NCBI GenBank assembly: GCA_047285805.1
Contig: JBJBCN010000002.1
Coordinates: 928,001 to 992,000 of the forward strand
DNA length: 64,000 nucleotides
Source of the DNA: Synechococcus sp.
GTDB taxonomy: Bacteria > Cyanobacteriota > Cyanobacteriia > PCC-6307 > Cyanobiaceae
Reading direction: 5' to 3'
Positions 1 to 9,129 of this stretch are shown here, one piece after another. A model generated the notes under the pieces. The model saw nothing but the letters and a program-made list of their open reading frames with translations. It was not told the DNA's origin and did not search any database. Both the position numbers and the translations under genes were made by a program. Position 1 is the stretch's first letter, and every line of letters starts with the position of its first letter.

Positions 1-521
1 ATTACGACGGCAGCGCCTACACCAACGCTTTCGCTGGTGGTCTGGCCTGGCGTCCTAAGAAGACCGGCCTGATTCCTTCGATCAGTGCTGGATATGGCTA
101 CAACGCCGTTGCCTACAGCAACATGAGCGTTGCTGGCATGAGCAACACGGGTGCTGCACTCTCCTCTGACGGCTCCACCAACATCGCTGACAACCTCAAC
201 GACAAGAACATCGCCGCAACCCAGTCCTGGACTGTGGGTCTGCAGTGGGATGACGCCTTCGTCAAGGGCAACACCGGCGGCTTCGCCATCGGTCAGCCCA
301 CCTTCGTGACCGCCACCCGTAACGGCACTACCCCGTTCGACGCCGGCTATGTCATGGAAGGCTTCTACAAGTTCCAGGTCAGCGACAACATCGCTGTCAC
401 CCCGGTGCTCTTCTACATGAGCAACCCCAGCTCCTCCGGTGCTGGCCACGACCAGACCAGCGGCCAAGGCTCCAACCTCGGCGTCTTCGGTGGCGCGCTG
501 ACCATCCGCATCAAGTTCTGA
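1..521 (+). CDS. som: Som/OprB-type cyanobacterial outer-membrane porin, 5'-truncated by window edge
   Basis: Frame open from position 3; GLQWDDAFVKGN..GFAIGQP, E.FYKFQVSDNIAVTP and C-terminal Phe typical of cyanobacterial Som porins; adjacent to phoBR. Confidence 0.85.
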   Translation, partial: YDGSAYTNAFAGGLAWRPKKTGLIPSISAGYGYNAVAYSNMSVAGMSNTGAALSSDGSTNIADNLNDKNIAATQSWTVGLQWDDAFVKGNTGGFAIGQPTFVTATRNGTTPFDAGYVMEGFYKFQVSDNIAVTPVLFYMSNPSSSGAGHDQTSGQGSNLGVFGGALTIRIKF

Positions 522-579
522 TCTTGCGATCGGAGCAAGACTCACACTCCTGAAGCACAACTCACACACCAAACCCATC

Positions 580-608
580 AGCCTCCTGCTTCGGCAGGGG
601 GCTTTTTT
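580..608 (+). terminator. Rho-independent terminator after porin
   Basis: AGCCTCCTGC-TTCG-GCAGGGGGCT stem-loop followed by T-run. Confidence 0.85.
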
Positions 609-673
609 CTGCCCGTAGCAATCGCCAAGCGAGGGGCGCCGCTTTAGTGTGGGTTTCAGGACAAAGCAACGGC

Positions 674-856
674 ATGGGGCCCGACAGCATCAGCCAACAG
701 CCAAGCAAGGACGCCAAGCAGCGCTCAGCCTCCAGCACCAGCCTGAAGTGGGGCAGCGATGGCGAGCTCTCCGCGGTGGATCTACAGAAGGTTCTCGAGC
801 GGCTGACCAATCCCGATCTCATCCAGTGCGAACTGGATGAAGACAGGAAGGTCTGA
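674..856 (+). CDS. Small hypothetical protein upstream of phoB
   Basis: ATG at 674; STSLKWGSDGELSAVDLQKVLERL resembles a small picocyanobacterial protein (recognition only). Confidence 0.6.
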   Translation: MGPDSISQQPSKDAKQRSASSTSLKWGSDGELSAVDLQKVLERLTNPDLIQCELDEDRKV

Positions 857-908
857 GCACAGCCCTGTTGTGTCCTGCGCGACAGGCACAACTCGACAAA
901 ATGCACGG

Positions 909-1613
909 ATGATCAACGTCACCGCTGCCATCAACACAGCGCGCCTGTTGGTGGTCGAAGACGACGACACCATCCGTGAGACGGTCTGCGAAGAGCTGGA
1001 GCTCGAAGGCTTCAGCGTCACCCCCGCAACCAACGGCCAGAGCGCCTGGGATCGTCTAAAGAAAGAACCCTTTGAGCTGATCGTTCTCGATGTGATGCTC
1101 CCGGGCATCAACGGCCTCGATCTCTGCCGCAAATTGATCGAACTGCCGCAGCGGCCCCTCGTGCTGATGGTCAGCGCCCGGGACACCGAAACCGATCGCG
1201 TGCTCGGGCTCGAGCTGGGGGCCGATGACTACCTGGTCAAACCCTTCGGCATCCGCGAACTAGTGGCCCGCTGCCGCGCCCTCCTCCGGCGCCATCAACC
1301 CAGCGACCAACAGGCGAGCGAACTGAAGACGGAGAACCTGAGCCTGTTCCCGGCGGAATGCCGTGTGTGCCTGGACGGGCTCGAGCTCAAGCTCTCCCCC
1401 AAGGAGTTCAAGTTGCTCGAGCTCTTCATGCAGCACCCCAAACGGGTGTGGAGCCGCGAGCAATTGATTGAGCAGGTCTGGGGGTTCCACTACATCGGCG
1501 ACAACAAAACAGTGGACGTCCACATCCGTTGGTTGCGCGAAAAGATCGAAGAGGACCCCTCCAGACCCACAAAGCTCGTGACGGTGCGGGGCTTTGGCTA
1601 TCGCTTCGGATAG
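909..1613 (+). CDS. phoB: Phosphate regulon response regulator PhoB/SphR (OmpR family)
   Basis: Receiver motifs LVVEDD, LDVMLP, GADDYLVKPF; winged-helix KTVDVHIRWLREKIE; paired with kinase and pst genes. Confidence 0.93.
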   Translation: MINVTAAINTARLLVVEDDDTIRETVCEELELEGFSVTPATNGQSAWDRLKKEPFELIVLDVMLPGINGLDLCRKLIELPQRPLVLMVSARDTETDRVLGLELGADDYLVKPFGIRELVARCRALLRRHQPSDQQASELKTENLSLFPAECRVCLDGLELKLSPKEFKLLELFMQHPKRVWSREQLIEQVWGFHYIGDNKTVDVHIRWLREKIEEDPSRPTKLVTVRGFGYRFG

Positions 1614-1616
1614 GCG

Positions 1617-2756
1617 ATGACAGCGGAACCAACCGTGCAGCTGGTCCTTGGTTTTGGCCTCGGTGCCCTCAGCGCTGGACTTTGGCGGCGCGGGACACGC
1701 AAGCGCGCAATCGTGCCGACGGAGCTGCGACGCCGGCAACCAATTCCTGATCTGCAATTACGCGAATGGATCAACGCAGCCCCCCAGGGCTGGCTGGTGC
1801 TCGATGGCGCGAACCGGATCGAGATCATGAATGAGCGGGCTGAATCACTCCTGGCGCGGGGAGGTTCTTTGGCGCGACAGTTTTGGCACCTCGACGATCT
1901 CGAGCCCAGTGCTGAGCTCTTGCACCTGCTGGAGCTGTGCCGCAACACCGGTCTGGCCCAACGCGGCGAATGGAGCATTGGCCGCAACGATCTCTCCGTC
2001 CGGGTCATGCCCGGGGAACGGAGCTGGCTGGCGCTGCAGATCGAAGGCAGCAACCCGCTGAAGCTGCAACTCCAGAGACAGGAAGAGTGGGTCAGCGATG
2101 TGGCCCATGAGCTCAAGACACCGATCACCGCACTGCGGCTGGTCAGCGAAAGCCTCTCTCTCAAGGCCGAAGGTCGCCAAGCGGTGCTTGTGGAGCGCCT
2201 GGAGAAAGAGCTTGAACGACTGCAGAAATTGGTGGGCGACCTGCTGGACCTCTCCAGATTGGACAACGCCCTCGCCAGCCGCAGCCGGCTACCGGCAGCC
2301 CTCGACCCCAGGGACGTCATTGGCCAGGCCTGGTCCACCCTGCAGGAACTGGCGATCCCGCGGAACATCGACCTCAGGGTCGAGCCCAGGCGCGATCAGG
2401 CCAGACAGGTCAGCGTTGAACCGGCACGGCTGCACCAGGCAATCTTCAACCTGATCGACAACGCCCTGCGCTACAGCCCCGACGGAAGAAGCATTGACCT
2501 GAGCATCGAAGAACGGGACCGCTGGTGCCTGATCGCCGTTCGTGACCACGGACCGGGTTTCAGCGAGATCGATCTCGATCGCCTGTTCGAGCGTTTTTAC
2601 CGGGGGGACCCCGCCCGGGCCCGGGGCCCCAGGAATGGCAGCGGTCTGGGCCTCGCAATCGTGCGACAGATCGCCCTCAGCCAAGGGGGCCTGGTGCGGG
2701 CCCGCAACCATCCAGGGGGAGGAGCCGTCGTGGAATTGCTCCTCCCAAGGGCCTGA
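1617..2756 (+). CDS. phoR: Phosphate sensor histidine kinase PhoR/SphS
   Basis: H-box DVAHELKTP, N-box NLIDNALRY, G-boxes DHGPG and GSGLGLAI. Confidence 0.92.
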   Translation: MTAEPTVQLVLGFGLGALSAGLWRRGTRKRAIVPTELRRRQPIPDLQLREWINAAPQGWLVLDGANRIEIMNERAESLLARGGSLARQFWHLDDLEPSAELLHLLELCRNTGLAQRGEWSIGRNDLSVRVMPGERSWLALQIEGSNPLKLQLQRQEEWVSDVAHELKTPITALRLVSESLSLKAEGRQAVLVERLEKELERLQKLVGDLLDLSRLDNALASRSRLPAALDPRDVIGQAWSTLQELAIPRNIDLRVEPRRDQARQVSVEPARLHQAIFNLIDNALRYSPDGRSIDLSIEERDRWCLIAVRDHGPGFSEIDLDRLFERFYRGDPARARGPRNGSGLGLAIVRQIALSQGGLVRARNHPGGGAVVELLLPRA

Positions 2757-2759
2757 CGA

Positions 2760-2828
2760 TCAGGCGGCTTCTCTGAGGGGCAGGTTCGGGTTGAAATAAA
2801 GCGAGCGATTCGACCTAGAAGTCGACAT
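2760..2828 (-). pseudogene. 22-aa stub, probably the N-terminus of a deleted pstA
   Basis: GGAGG RBS right after the pstC stop, then ATG MSTSRSNRSLYFNPNLPLREAA*; occupies the pstA position. Confidence 0.55.
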
Positions 2829-2839
2829 GGTTCTTCCTC

Positions 2840-3805
2840 CTAGGCGTACTTCAAACTGAGCCGACGCACAATCCACTGCGCCAACACGTTGACGATCAGC
2901 GTCATGATCATCAAGACAAAAGCGGCATACATCAGCGCGGAGATCTGAATACCGTCGGCTTCACCAAACTGGTTGGCCAGCATGGCTGAGATGGTGTTCG
3001 CAGGAGCCAAGAGACTCAAGCTGAAATTATTAGAATTACCGATGATCATGGTGACAGCCATGGTTTCCCCCATCGCCCGGCCCAAGGCCAACATCACACC
3101 GCCAGTAATACCCGAGACAGCAGCGGGCAAGATCACCTGAATGATGGCCTGCCAACGGGTCGTGCCGACGCCGTAGGCCGCTTGGCGGAGTTCATTCGGC
3201 ACTTGCTGCAGTGAATCCCTGGCAATCGCGGTGATTATGGGCAAGATCATCACCACAAGGATCAACACAGCAGGAGCCATCCCAGGTCCCAAGGGCTCCG
3301 TCGAGAAGAAGGGCATCCAGCCCAATCGGTCGTGCAAGACCTGAAGAATGGGCCGAAGGAACGGCTCCATCACAAAAATGGCCCAGAGGCCGAGCACAAC
3401 CGATGGAATCGCTGCGAGCAGCTCGACCATCAAGCCGATCACCTGCCGGTAGCCGGAAGGAATCAAGTTCTCGGTAATAAATATGGCCGTTCCAACACCC
3501 AACGGCACCGCAATCAGGATGGCCAACACGGACGACACCAACGTGCCGTAAATCGCCGTGAGTGCGCCATAGCTATTGAGGCCAGGATCCCAATCGGAGA
3601 CAACCAAAAAGGACAGACCGAATTCGGCCATCGCCTCCCTTGATCCCCACAGAACGGTGATCAAGATCCCAACCAGTACCAAGCCCACGATCGAGGCCAA
3701 ACCGACAACAAGTCGCCTGAACCCCTCATCAACCAACTTCTCGGAAGTAGGCCGCTGTCGCAGCATGTAAACCGGAGGAGCCCCCTGCTCACAAGAGGGA
3801 GGCAC
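2840..3805 (-). CDS. pstC: Phosphate ABC transporter permease PstC (start approximate)
   Basis: ELLAAIPSVVLGLW, EAA-like loop ELRQAAYGVG, GRAMGETMAV motifs. Confidence 0.93.
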   Translation of the reverse strand: MPPSCEQGAPPVYMLRQRPTSEKLVDEGFRRLVVGLASIVGLVLVGILITVLWGSREAMAEFGLSFLVVSDWDPGLNSYGALTAIYGTLVSSVLAILIAVPLGVGTAIFITENLIPSGYRQVIGLMVELLAAIPSVVLGLWAIFVMEPFLRPILQVLHDRLGWMPFFSTEPLGPGMAPAVLILVVMILPIITAIARDSLQQVPNELRQAAYGVGTTRWQAIIQVILPAAVSGITGGVMLALGRAMGETMAVTMIIGNSNNFSLSLLAPANTISAMLANQFGEADGIQISALMYAAFVLMIMTLIVNVLAQWIVRRLSLKYA

Positions 3806-3863
3806 GTTCTGATCCACAACGAGAAAGTCACTTCGTACAAGCTGACACAAATAGATTTGGATC

Positions 3864-3882
3864 TCCTTAAGAAGCGCTTAAC
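3864..3882 (-). promoter_or_regulatory. Candidate Pho box upstream of pstC
   Basis: Two TTAA-core units 11 bp apart (minus strand GTTAAGCG-CTT-CTTAAGGA), degenerate to cyanobacterial YTTAAYYW-N3 repeats. Confidence 0.45.
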
Positions 3883-4156
3883 AAGCAGGAGTTATCTCGA
3901 GTCCCATAGGGGCAAAATACACTTCTCCTCGGAACGTATCAATGAATACGACGCAATCAGTCTTTAGGTAATAAATTCAAGACTTAGTTGCAACCGTTCA
4001 TTGCTCATCAACACCCAATTTGGATCCATCAGCTTTGTGCCTGGGTGCGGTTGGGTCAACGCGTCTAACCAGAGCAATCAGTCCGAAAAGCGCACAAAGC
4101 GCATACCCGAAAAGGCGGATCAGTTGTCAGAAGCAGAAAAAAATAAATTCTCAGAG

Positions 4157-4187
4157 AAAAGCCACCCTTTTGAAAGGTGGCTTTTTT
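4157..4187. terminator. Bidirectional-looking intrinsic terminator
   Basis: AAAAGCCACC...GGTGGCTTTTTT inverted repeat with A/T runs on both sides. Confidence 0.7.
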
Positions 4188-4209
4188 GTGGCTCGACTCA
4201 GCTCCCAAG

Positions 4210-4237
4210 AAAAAAGGGCAGGGGATCAACCCTGCCC
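4210..4237 (-). terminator. Terminator of pstS
   Basis: GGGCAGGG/CCCTGCCC stem preceded on + strand by AAAAAA, about 25 nt past the pstS stop. Confidence 0.8.
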
Positions 4238-4260
4238 GAACAATCAGTCATGCCGAAGGA

Positions 4261-5241
4261 TCACTTGCCGATCTTGTTCACAGCAGCGCGGGCTTTCGAG
4301 AGGATCGCGCCCTTGAGGGGAACGAAACCGAGGTCGTCAGCCTTCGCCTGAGCCTGGTCGCTCAGCATGTAGTTGAAGGTCTTCTTGATGGTGTCGGCAT
4401 TGGCACCATTGCCCTTGGCGTAGGCCAGGGCCCAAGTCAGGGTTGCGATGGGATACGCACCCTTCGCACTGGGGTTGGGGTTCGAGCCAGCCAGGTTCTG
4501 ATCGAGCTTGATGCCGTTCAGAGCTTTCGCACCGGAGGTGTAGCTGGGCTTGATGAACTCACCCGACTTGTTCTGCAAAGCAGCAGCCTTGACAGCACCA
4601 CGGATGTAGGACTGGTTGACGTAACCAATGGCGCCTTGCTTGTTGGCGATCACGCCAGCGACGCCGGAGTTGCCCTTGGCACCCACGGCGTTCGCACCAG
4701 GCCACTTCACGGACTTACCAGCGCCGAGCTTCCACTCAGGGGAGAAAGCGGAGAGGGAGTTTGTGAAGGCCTTGGTGGTTCCGGAGCCATCCGAGCGGTG
4801 CACCCAAGTGATGGCGCCAGCGGAGCAGCCCAGGTCCTTCCAGTTGGTGATCTTGCCGATCGCCACTTGGACGGCTTGCTTCTGGGTCAGCTTGAGGTCA
4901 CAGCCGGGCTTGTTGTAACCGAAGGCGATGGTGCCGCCCACCATGGGGATCTGCACCAGACCACGGGTCACCTTTGCGATGTCCTTGGCCTTCATCGGAT
5001 CGTCAGAGGCCGCGAAGTGCACGGTCTGGTCGATAAATGCCTTACGGCCGGAGCCGGAGCCAACGGCCTGGTAGTTGACCTGGGGGCCACCAGCCTTCGC
5101 CAGGTCAGCGAACCATCGCTGATAGATCTTGGCGGGGAAGGTTGCGCCAGCAGCACTGAGGCGGTCTGCGGCGGAGGCGGACATGCCGGTGCCGACGGCC
5201 AGCAGGGAGCCGATCAGAAAGGCCTTCTTCGCGAAGGTCAT
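4261..5241 (-). CDS. pstS: Phosphate ABC transporter substrate-binding protein PstS
   Basis: AGATFPA, YQAVGSGSG, HRSDGSGTT, YPIATLTW motifs; signal peptide. Confidence 0.96.
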   Translation of the reverse strand: MTFAKKAFLIGSLLAVGTGMSASAADRLSAAGATFPAKIYQRWFADLAKAGGPQVNYQAVGSGSGRKAFIDQTVHFAASDDPMKAKDIAKVTRGLVQIPMVGGTIAFGYNKPGCDLKLTQKQAVQVAIGKITNWKDLGCSAGAITWVHRSDGSGTTKAFTNSLSAFSPEWKLGAGKSVKWPGANAVGAKGNSGVAGVIANKQGAIGYVNQSYIRGAVKAAALQNKSGEFIKPSYTSGAKALNGIKLDQNLAGSNPNPSAKGAYPIATLTWALAYAKGNGANADTIKKTFNYMLSDQAQAKADDLGFVPLKGAILSKARAAVNKIGK

Positions 5242-5291
5242 GGATAAAACCTTGTGGTTCCTTGCCATCAACGCAACACACGATCCGGCCC

Positions 5292-5321
5292 GCGTTAGGA
5301 GGGGGTTAAGGCTGCATGAAC
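5292..5321 (-). promoter_or_regulatory. Pho box upstream of pstS
   Basis: Minus strand GTTCATGC-AGC-CTTAACCC-CCT-CCTAACGC, 11-bp period, about 50 bp upstream of pstS. Confidence 0.75.
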
Positions 5322-5331
5322 ATTGCGTGAA

Positions 5332-5643
5332 TCAGCAGCAGGACTGGGCTTTCGATGGCTCAGTTGTCTGCAAACGCTGAAGCCAATCGCCCAACTCTGC
5401 GATCGCCTCTGGCCGCAGGCGGTAGTAGATCCAGCGTCCTTGCACGCGGGAGTCCAGCAGGCCCGCCTCCCGCATCACCTTGAGGTGGAAGGAGAGTTTG
5501 GACTGTGCCACCCCCATCTGCTCGGTGAGCTCACAGACGCAGCGCTCTCCAGCCGCCAGGGCCAGAACCACATCCAGGCGCCGGGGGTCCGCCAAGGCCT
5601 TGAACAAGGGGCAGAGCTCCTGAGCAGTCGTGACTGGGGTCAT
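5332..5643 (-). CDS. arsR: ArsR/SmtB-family arsenic-responsive repressor
   Basis: FKALADPRR, ERCVCEL (ELCVCDL-like As box), SKLSFHLKVMREAGL, GRWIYY, C-terminal CC. Confidence 0.93.
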   Translation of the reverse strand: MTPVTTAQELCPLFKALADPRRLDVVLALAAGERCVCELTEQMGVAQSKLSFHLKVMREAGLLDSRVQGRWIYYRLRPEAIAELGDWLQRLQTTEPSKAQSCC

Positions 5644-5656
5644 GGCTCGGGCTGCG

Positions 5657-5675
5657 CCTAACCGGACCTTAACCA
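5657..5675 (+). promoter_or_regulatory. Pho box upstream of gap3-arsJ
   Basis: CCTAACCG-GAC-CTTAACCA, 11-bp period. Confidence 0.75.
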
Positions 5676-5709
5676 ATCAAGAAACCTTGATGCATCAAGA
5701 TTGATTGAT
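5676..5709. promoter_or_regulatory. Two tandem ArsR operators
   Basis: ATCAA-GAAACC-TTGAT (5676-5691) and ATCAA-GATTGA-TTGAT (5694-5709), matching the ATCAA-N6-TTGAT cyanobacterial ArsR site. Confidence 0.8.
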
Positions 5710-5725
5710 TGATTTGGTGCAGCGC

Positions 5726-6730
5726 ATGCGGATTGGCATCAACGGCTTCGGGCGGATCGGACGGCTGGTCTGCCGCGCCCTATGGGGACGACCCGGCATC
5801 GAGATCGTTCTGATCAACGACAACCAGGCCACCGCGGAATCCGCTGCGCACCTTCTCTGCTTCGATTCCGTCCATGGACGCTGGGATCGTCAGGCGGAAG
5901 CGACCAGCGAATCCGAACTGCTGATCGACGGGCAACGCCTGGGCTTCAGCCGCTGCGCCGCCCCCGCCGAGGTGGCCTGGGCGGCCGCCGGGGTTGAGAT
6001 GGTGCTCGAGTGCAGTGGGCGCTTCAAGACCACAGAGACCCTCGAGCCTTACTTCAGCCAGGCTGGGATCAAGCGTGTGGTGGTGGGCTGCCCGGTCAAG
6101 GGAGCCCTGAACGTCGTCTACGGGATCAACCACGCTCTGTTTGACCCAAGCGAACACCGGCTACTGACGGCGGCGTCCTGTACCACCAACTGCCTGGCTC
6201 CGATCGTGAAGGTCGTCCACGAGCAGTTCGGCATTCGGCACGGCTCGATCACGACCCTGCACGACGTCACCAACACCCAGGTCGTCGTTGATGCCTTCAA
6301 GAGCGACCTGCGGCGCTCACGCTCCTGCCTGCAATCGCTGATCCCGACAACGACCGGTTCAGCCAAGGCGATCGCGATGATCTTCCCGGAACTCGAGGGC
6401 AAGCTCAACGGCCATGCCGTTCGCATTCCCCTGCTGAACGCCTCCTTGACCGACGCGGTCTTTGAGCTGGAGCGACCCACCAGCAGCGAAGCGGTCAATC
6501 AGGCCTTCCAAGAGGCCTCCCAAGGGGCGCTCCAAGGCATCCTCGGCTACGAGACCAGACCTCTGGTATCGGTGGATTATGTCAACGACAACCGCAGTGT
6601 GGTGGTCGATGCCCTCTCGACGATGGTGGTGGATGGCACCCAGCTCAAGGTCTACGGCTGGTACGACAACGAGTGGGGTTACAGCTGCCGGATGGCCGAT
6701 CTGGTCTGCCACGTGATCGAGCAGGGATGA
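5726..6730 (+). CDS. gap3: ArsJ-associated glyceraldehyde-3-phosphate dehydrogenase
   Basis: [10 protein letters not shown], catalytic [19 protein letters not shown]; coupled to arsJ. Confidence 0.95.
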   Translation: MRIGINGFGRIGRLVCRALWGRPGIEIVLINDNQATAESAAHLLCFDSVHGRWDRQAEATSESELLIDGQRLGFSRCAAPAEVAWAAAGVEMVLECSGRFKTTETLEPYFSQAGIKRVVVGCPVKGALNVVYGINHALFDPSEHRLLTAASCTTNCLAPIVKVVHEQFGIRHGSITTLHDVTNTQVVVDAFKSDLRRSRSCLQSLIPTTTGSAKAIAMIFPELEGKLNGHAVRIPLLNASLTDAVFELERPTSSEAVNQAFQEASQGALQGILGYETRPLVSVDYVNDNRSVVVDALSTMVVDGTQLKVYGWYDNEWGYSCRMADLVCHVIEQG

Positions 6731-7956
6731 GCAACCTCACCGCCCTTGAGCAGTACCAGCGGGTCACCGCGAACTACTGGGCCTTCACTCTGACCGATGG
6801 GGCCCTGAGGATGCTGGTGGTCTTCCACTTCCACCAGCTGGGTTACACCAGCTTGGAGATCGCCTTTCTCTTTCTCTTCTACGAATTCTTCGGAATCCTC
6901 ACGAACCTCTACGGCGGCTGGCTCGGGGCTCGTTTTGGCCTGCGCCTGACCCTCTGGCTGGGCACCTGGCTGCAGATCGGCGCCCTGCTGATGCTGATTC
7001 CCGTGGCGGATTCCTGGCCGAAGTGGTGGAGCGTCGCCTACGTGATGGCAGCCCAGGCCCTTAGCGGAATCGCCAAGGACCTCAACAAGATGAGCGCCAA
7101 AAGTGCGATCAAGACCGTCGTCAAGGGCAACGACGGCGATCAGCAACTCTTCCGCTGGGTCGCGATCTTGACCGGCTCGAAGAACGCCCTCAAAGGTGTC
7201 GGCTTCTTCCTCGGTGGCGTCCTGTTGACGGCCCTGGGCTTCAACGCCTCGGTGGGCGTGATGGCCGCGGGATTAATCCTGGCGTTCCTCGTCACCCTGG
7301 GACTGCCCGCGGACATGGGGCAGATGAAACGCAAGCCCAAGTTCCAGTCCCTGCTCTCCAAACGCGAAGGCATCAACGTCCTCTCCCTGGCCCGGCTGTT
7401 CCTGTTTGGTGCCCGGGATGTCTGGTTCGTGGTCGCCCTGCCGGTCTTCCTCGAAACGACCTTGGGCTGGCGCTTCTGGGAAGTGGGCAGCTTCATGGGG
7501 CTCTGGGTGATCGGCTACGGAATCATCCAGGGGTCCGCACCGGCCCTGCGCCGCAGCTGGGGGCAGACCAGCAGCCCGGGCATCAGCGCCGTTCAGTTTT
7601 GGAGCGCAATCCTCACCGCCATTCCGGCGTTGATTGCCATCGCCCTCTGGCGGCAGGTGGCGGATCCAGGGCTGGCGATCGTCGCTGGACTCGCCGCCTT
7701 TGGCATGGTCTTTGCCATGAATTCATCGATCCACAGCTACATGGTTCTGGCCTACTCCGACAGCGAGTCGGTGAGCCTCGATGTCGGCTTCTATTACATG
7801 GCGAATGCCGCAGGACGCTTGCTCGGAACGCTGCTCTCCGGGGCGGTCTTCCTGATCGGCGGGCTTCAGGCCTGCCTCTGGTGCTCCTCGGCGATGGTCG
7901 CTCTGGCCTGGCTCTTCAGCCTGCGCTTGCCGCCGCCGCACGCGGTTCAACGCTGA
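6727..7956 (+). CDS. arsJ: Organoarsenical efflux MFS transporter ArsJ
   Basis: [42 protein letters not shown] overlap with gap3. Confidence 0.92.
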   Translation: MSNLTALEQYQRVTANYWAFTLTDGALRMLVVFHFHQLGYTSLEIAFLFLFYEFFGILTNLYGGWLGARFGLRLTLWLGTWLQIGALLMLIPVADSWPKWWSVAYVMAAQALSGIAKDLNKMSAKSAIKTVVKGNDGDQQLFRWVAILTGSKNALKGVGFFLGGVLLTALGFNASVGVMAAGLILAFLVTLGLPADMGQMKRKPKFQSLLSKREGINVLSLARLFLFGARDVWFVVALPVFLETTLGWRFWEVGSFMGLWVIGYGIIQGSAPALRRSWGQTSSPGISAVQFWSAILTAIPALIAIALWRQVADPGLAIVAGLAAFGMVFAMNSSIHSYMVLAYSDSESVSLDVGFYYMANAAGRLLGTLLSGAVFLIGGLQACLWCSSAMVALAWLFSLRLPPPHAVQR

Positions 7957-8279
7957 AAGAGGGTTCGAATTCTGGGGCTGCGCTCCTGGCAGAGCATCGG
8001 CGAGTAATAGCGAACCGCCGCGGTTTCCACCTCATCGGGGCCGATGCCTGCAAAGGAAATGCCCTCCCGCTCAAAGTCCTCCGCCAAGCGCTGCTGCTGG
8101 CTCAGCAGCAGCGCCGGTTGGTCAAAGGACTCGCAGAGCAGCTGGGCGTAGAGGCGGGCAGCACAACCGGTGTGACCGAAGCGCCGAACGCAAAGGGCGA
8201 CGGGCTCTTGGGCCTGCGCGTTTGCCCCGGCCAAAAGCATCAGCACGACCCACGCAGCGGAGAACAGGCGGAGCCGCAT
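7947..8279 (-). CDS. Hypothetical secreted Cys-containing protein
   Basis: Signal peptide, four Cys; TAATG coupling to upstream gene. Confidence 0.65.
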   Translation of the reverse strand: MRLRLFSAAWVVLMLLAGANAQAQEPVALCVRRFGHTGCAARLYAQLLCESFDQPALLLSQQQRLAEDFEREGISFAGIGPDEVETAAVRYYSPMLCQERSPRIRTLFQR

Positions 8280-8788
8280 TAACGCAGCTGCTTCGTTGAG
8301 CAGGCCAAAAAGCCCTTGAGCTCTGCCGCATTGAGGCTGGGAGGCTGCGCTTGGCTCAAGAGGGCCGGGTGAATCGTGCGCAGCTGATCGGCAAGCTGGT
8401 CGCGTTCGATAGTGGCCGCGTTCTGCCGCTGCCGCTGGGCGTCCCGCCAGACCAAACGACGCTTGGTTTCGCTGCGCCGCCAGTCAGCCGCGGCCTGCTC
8501 GTACTGCTCCTGCTCGGTCTGCTGGTCGTAAATCGTCAGCAGGCGCTGCTCCTCAGGATCCAGGGGAAGCGGCGCCAAGGCAGGGGTAAAGGACTCCTCC
8601 TCAATGGACTTGAGGCGCGACTCAACCGCGCGATAGCCCTCCACCAGGGGCGGCAGGCTCTCGCGGTAGCGGCGGCACTGCACCAGGGCTTGGCGCTTTG
8701 CCTCGATGTCCTGCTTCTGCTGGCGACTCGAACAACTCGCCAGGAGCAACAGCGCCAGCACCACGGCCCCAAGCCGAGGAAGAGCCAT
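8279..8788 (-). CDS. Hypothetical lipoprotein
   Basis: Lipobox LLASC after hydrophobic stretch; coiled-coil-like body. Confidence 0.65.
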   Translation of the reverse strand: MALPRLGAVVLALLLLASCSSRQQKQDIEAKRQALVQCRRYRESLPPLVEGYRAVESRLKSIEEESFTPALAPLPLDPEEQRLLTIYDQQTEQEQYEQAAADWRRSETKRRLVWRDAQRQRQNAATIERDQLADQLRTIHPALLSQAQPPSLNAAELKGFLACSTKQLR

Positions 8789-8906
8789 CCCATCCATCCG
8801 GGAGAGTTCGCCCATGCTCGCAGTCTTTTCGCGGCATCGACCCCATTTGGGGGTATCGAAGCAACCACGGCCAGATCTAGCTCTACTACGCAGCAAAGAC
8901 GAGCTA

Positions 8907-9125
8907 TTGGACAGCATCTACGCCCACATCGCGCAGGACCGCAGCGAGCTGGAACAGGCCCGCAGCGCGGGCGACAAACCCAAGGCCAATCACCTGGAAG
9001 CCGAGCTGAAGTACCTCGAGGCCTACAAGGCCCACCATCCCGAAGAGAGCAAGGACCCCACTCCCATGGAGGTCTACTGCGATCTGAATCCCGACGCTCC
9101 GGGCTGCCTTGTCTACGACGACTAG
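8907..9125 (+). CDS. cp12: CP12 protein, picocyanobacterial type (TTG start inferred)
   Basis: HHPEESKDPTPMEVYCDLNPDAPGCLVYDD C-terminal CP12 motif; lacks N-terminal Cys pair. Confidence 0.88.
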   Translation: MDSIYAHIAQDRSELEQARSAGDKPKANHLEAELKYLEAYKAHHPEESKDPTPMEVYCDLNPDAPGCLVYDD

Positions 9126-9129
9126 TCCA

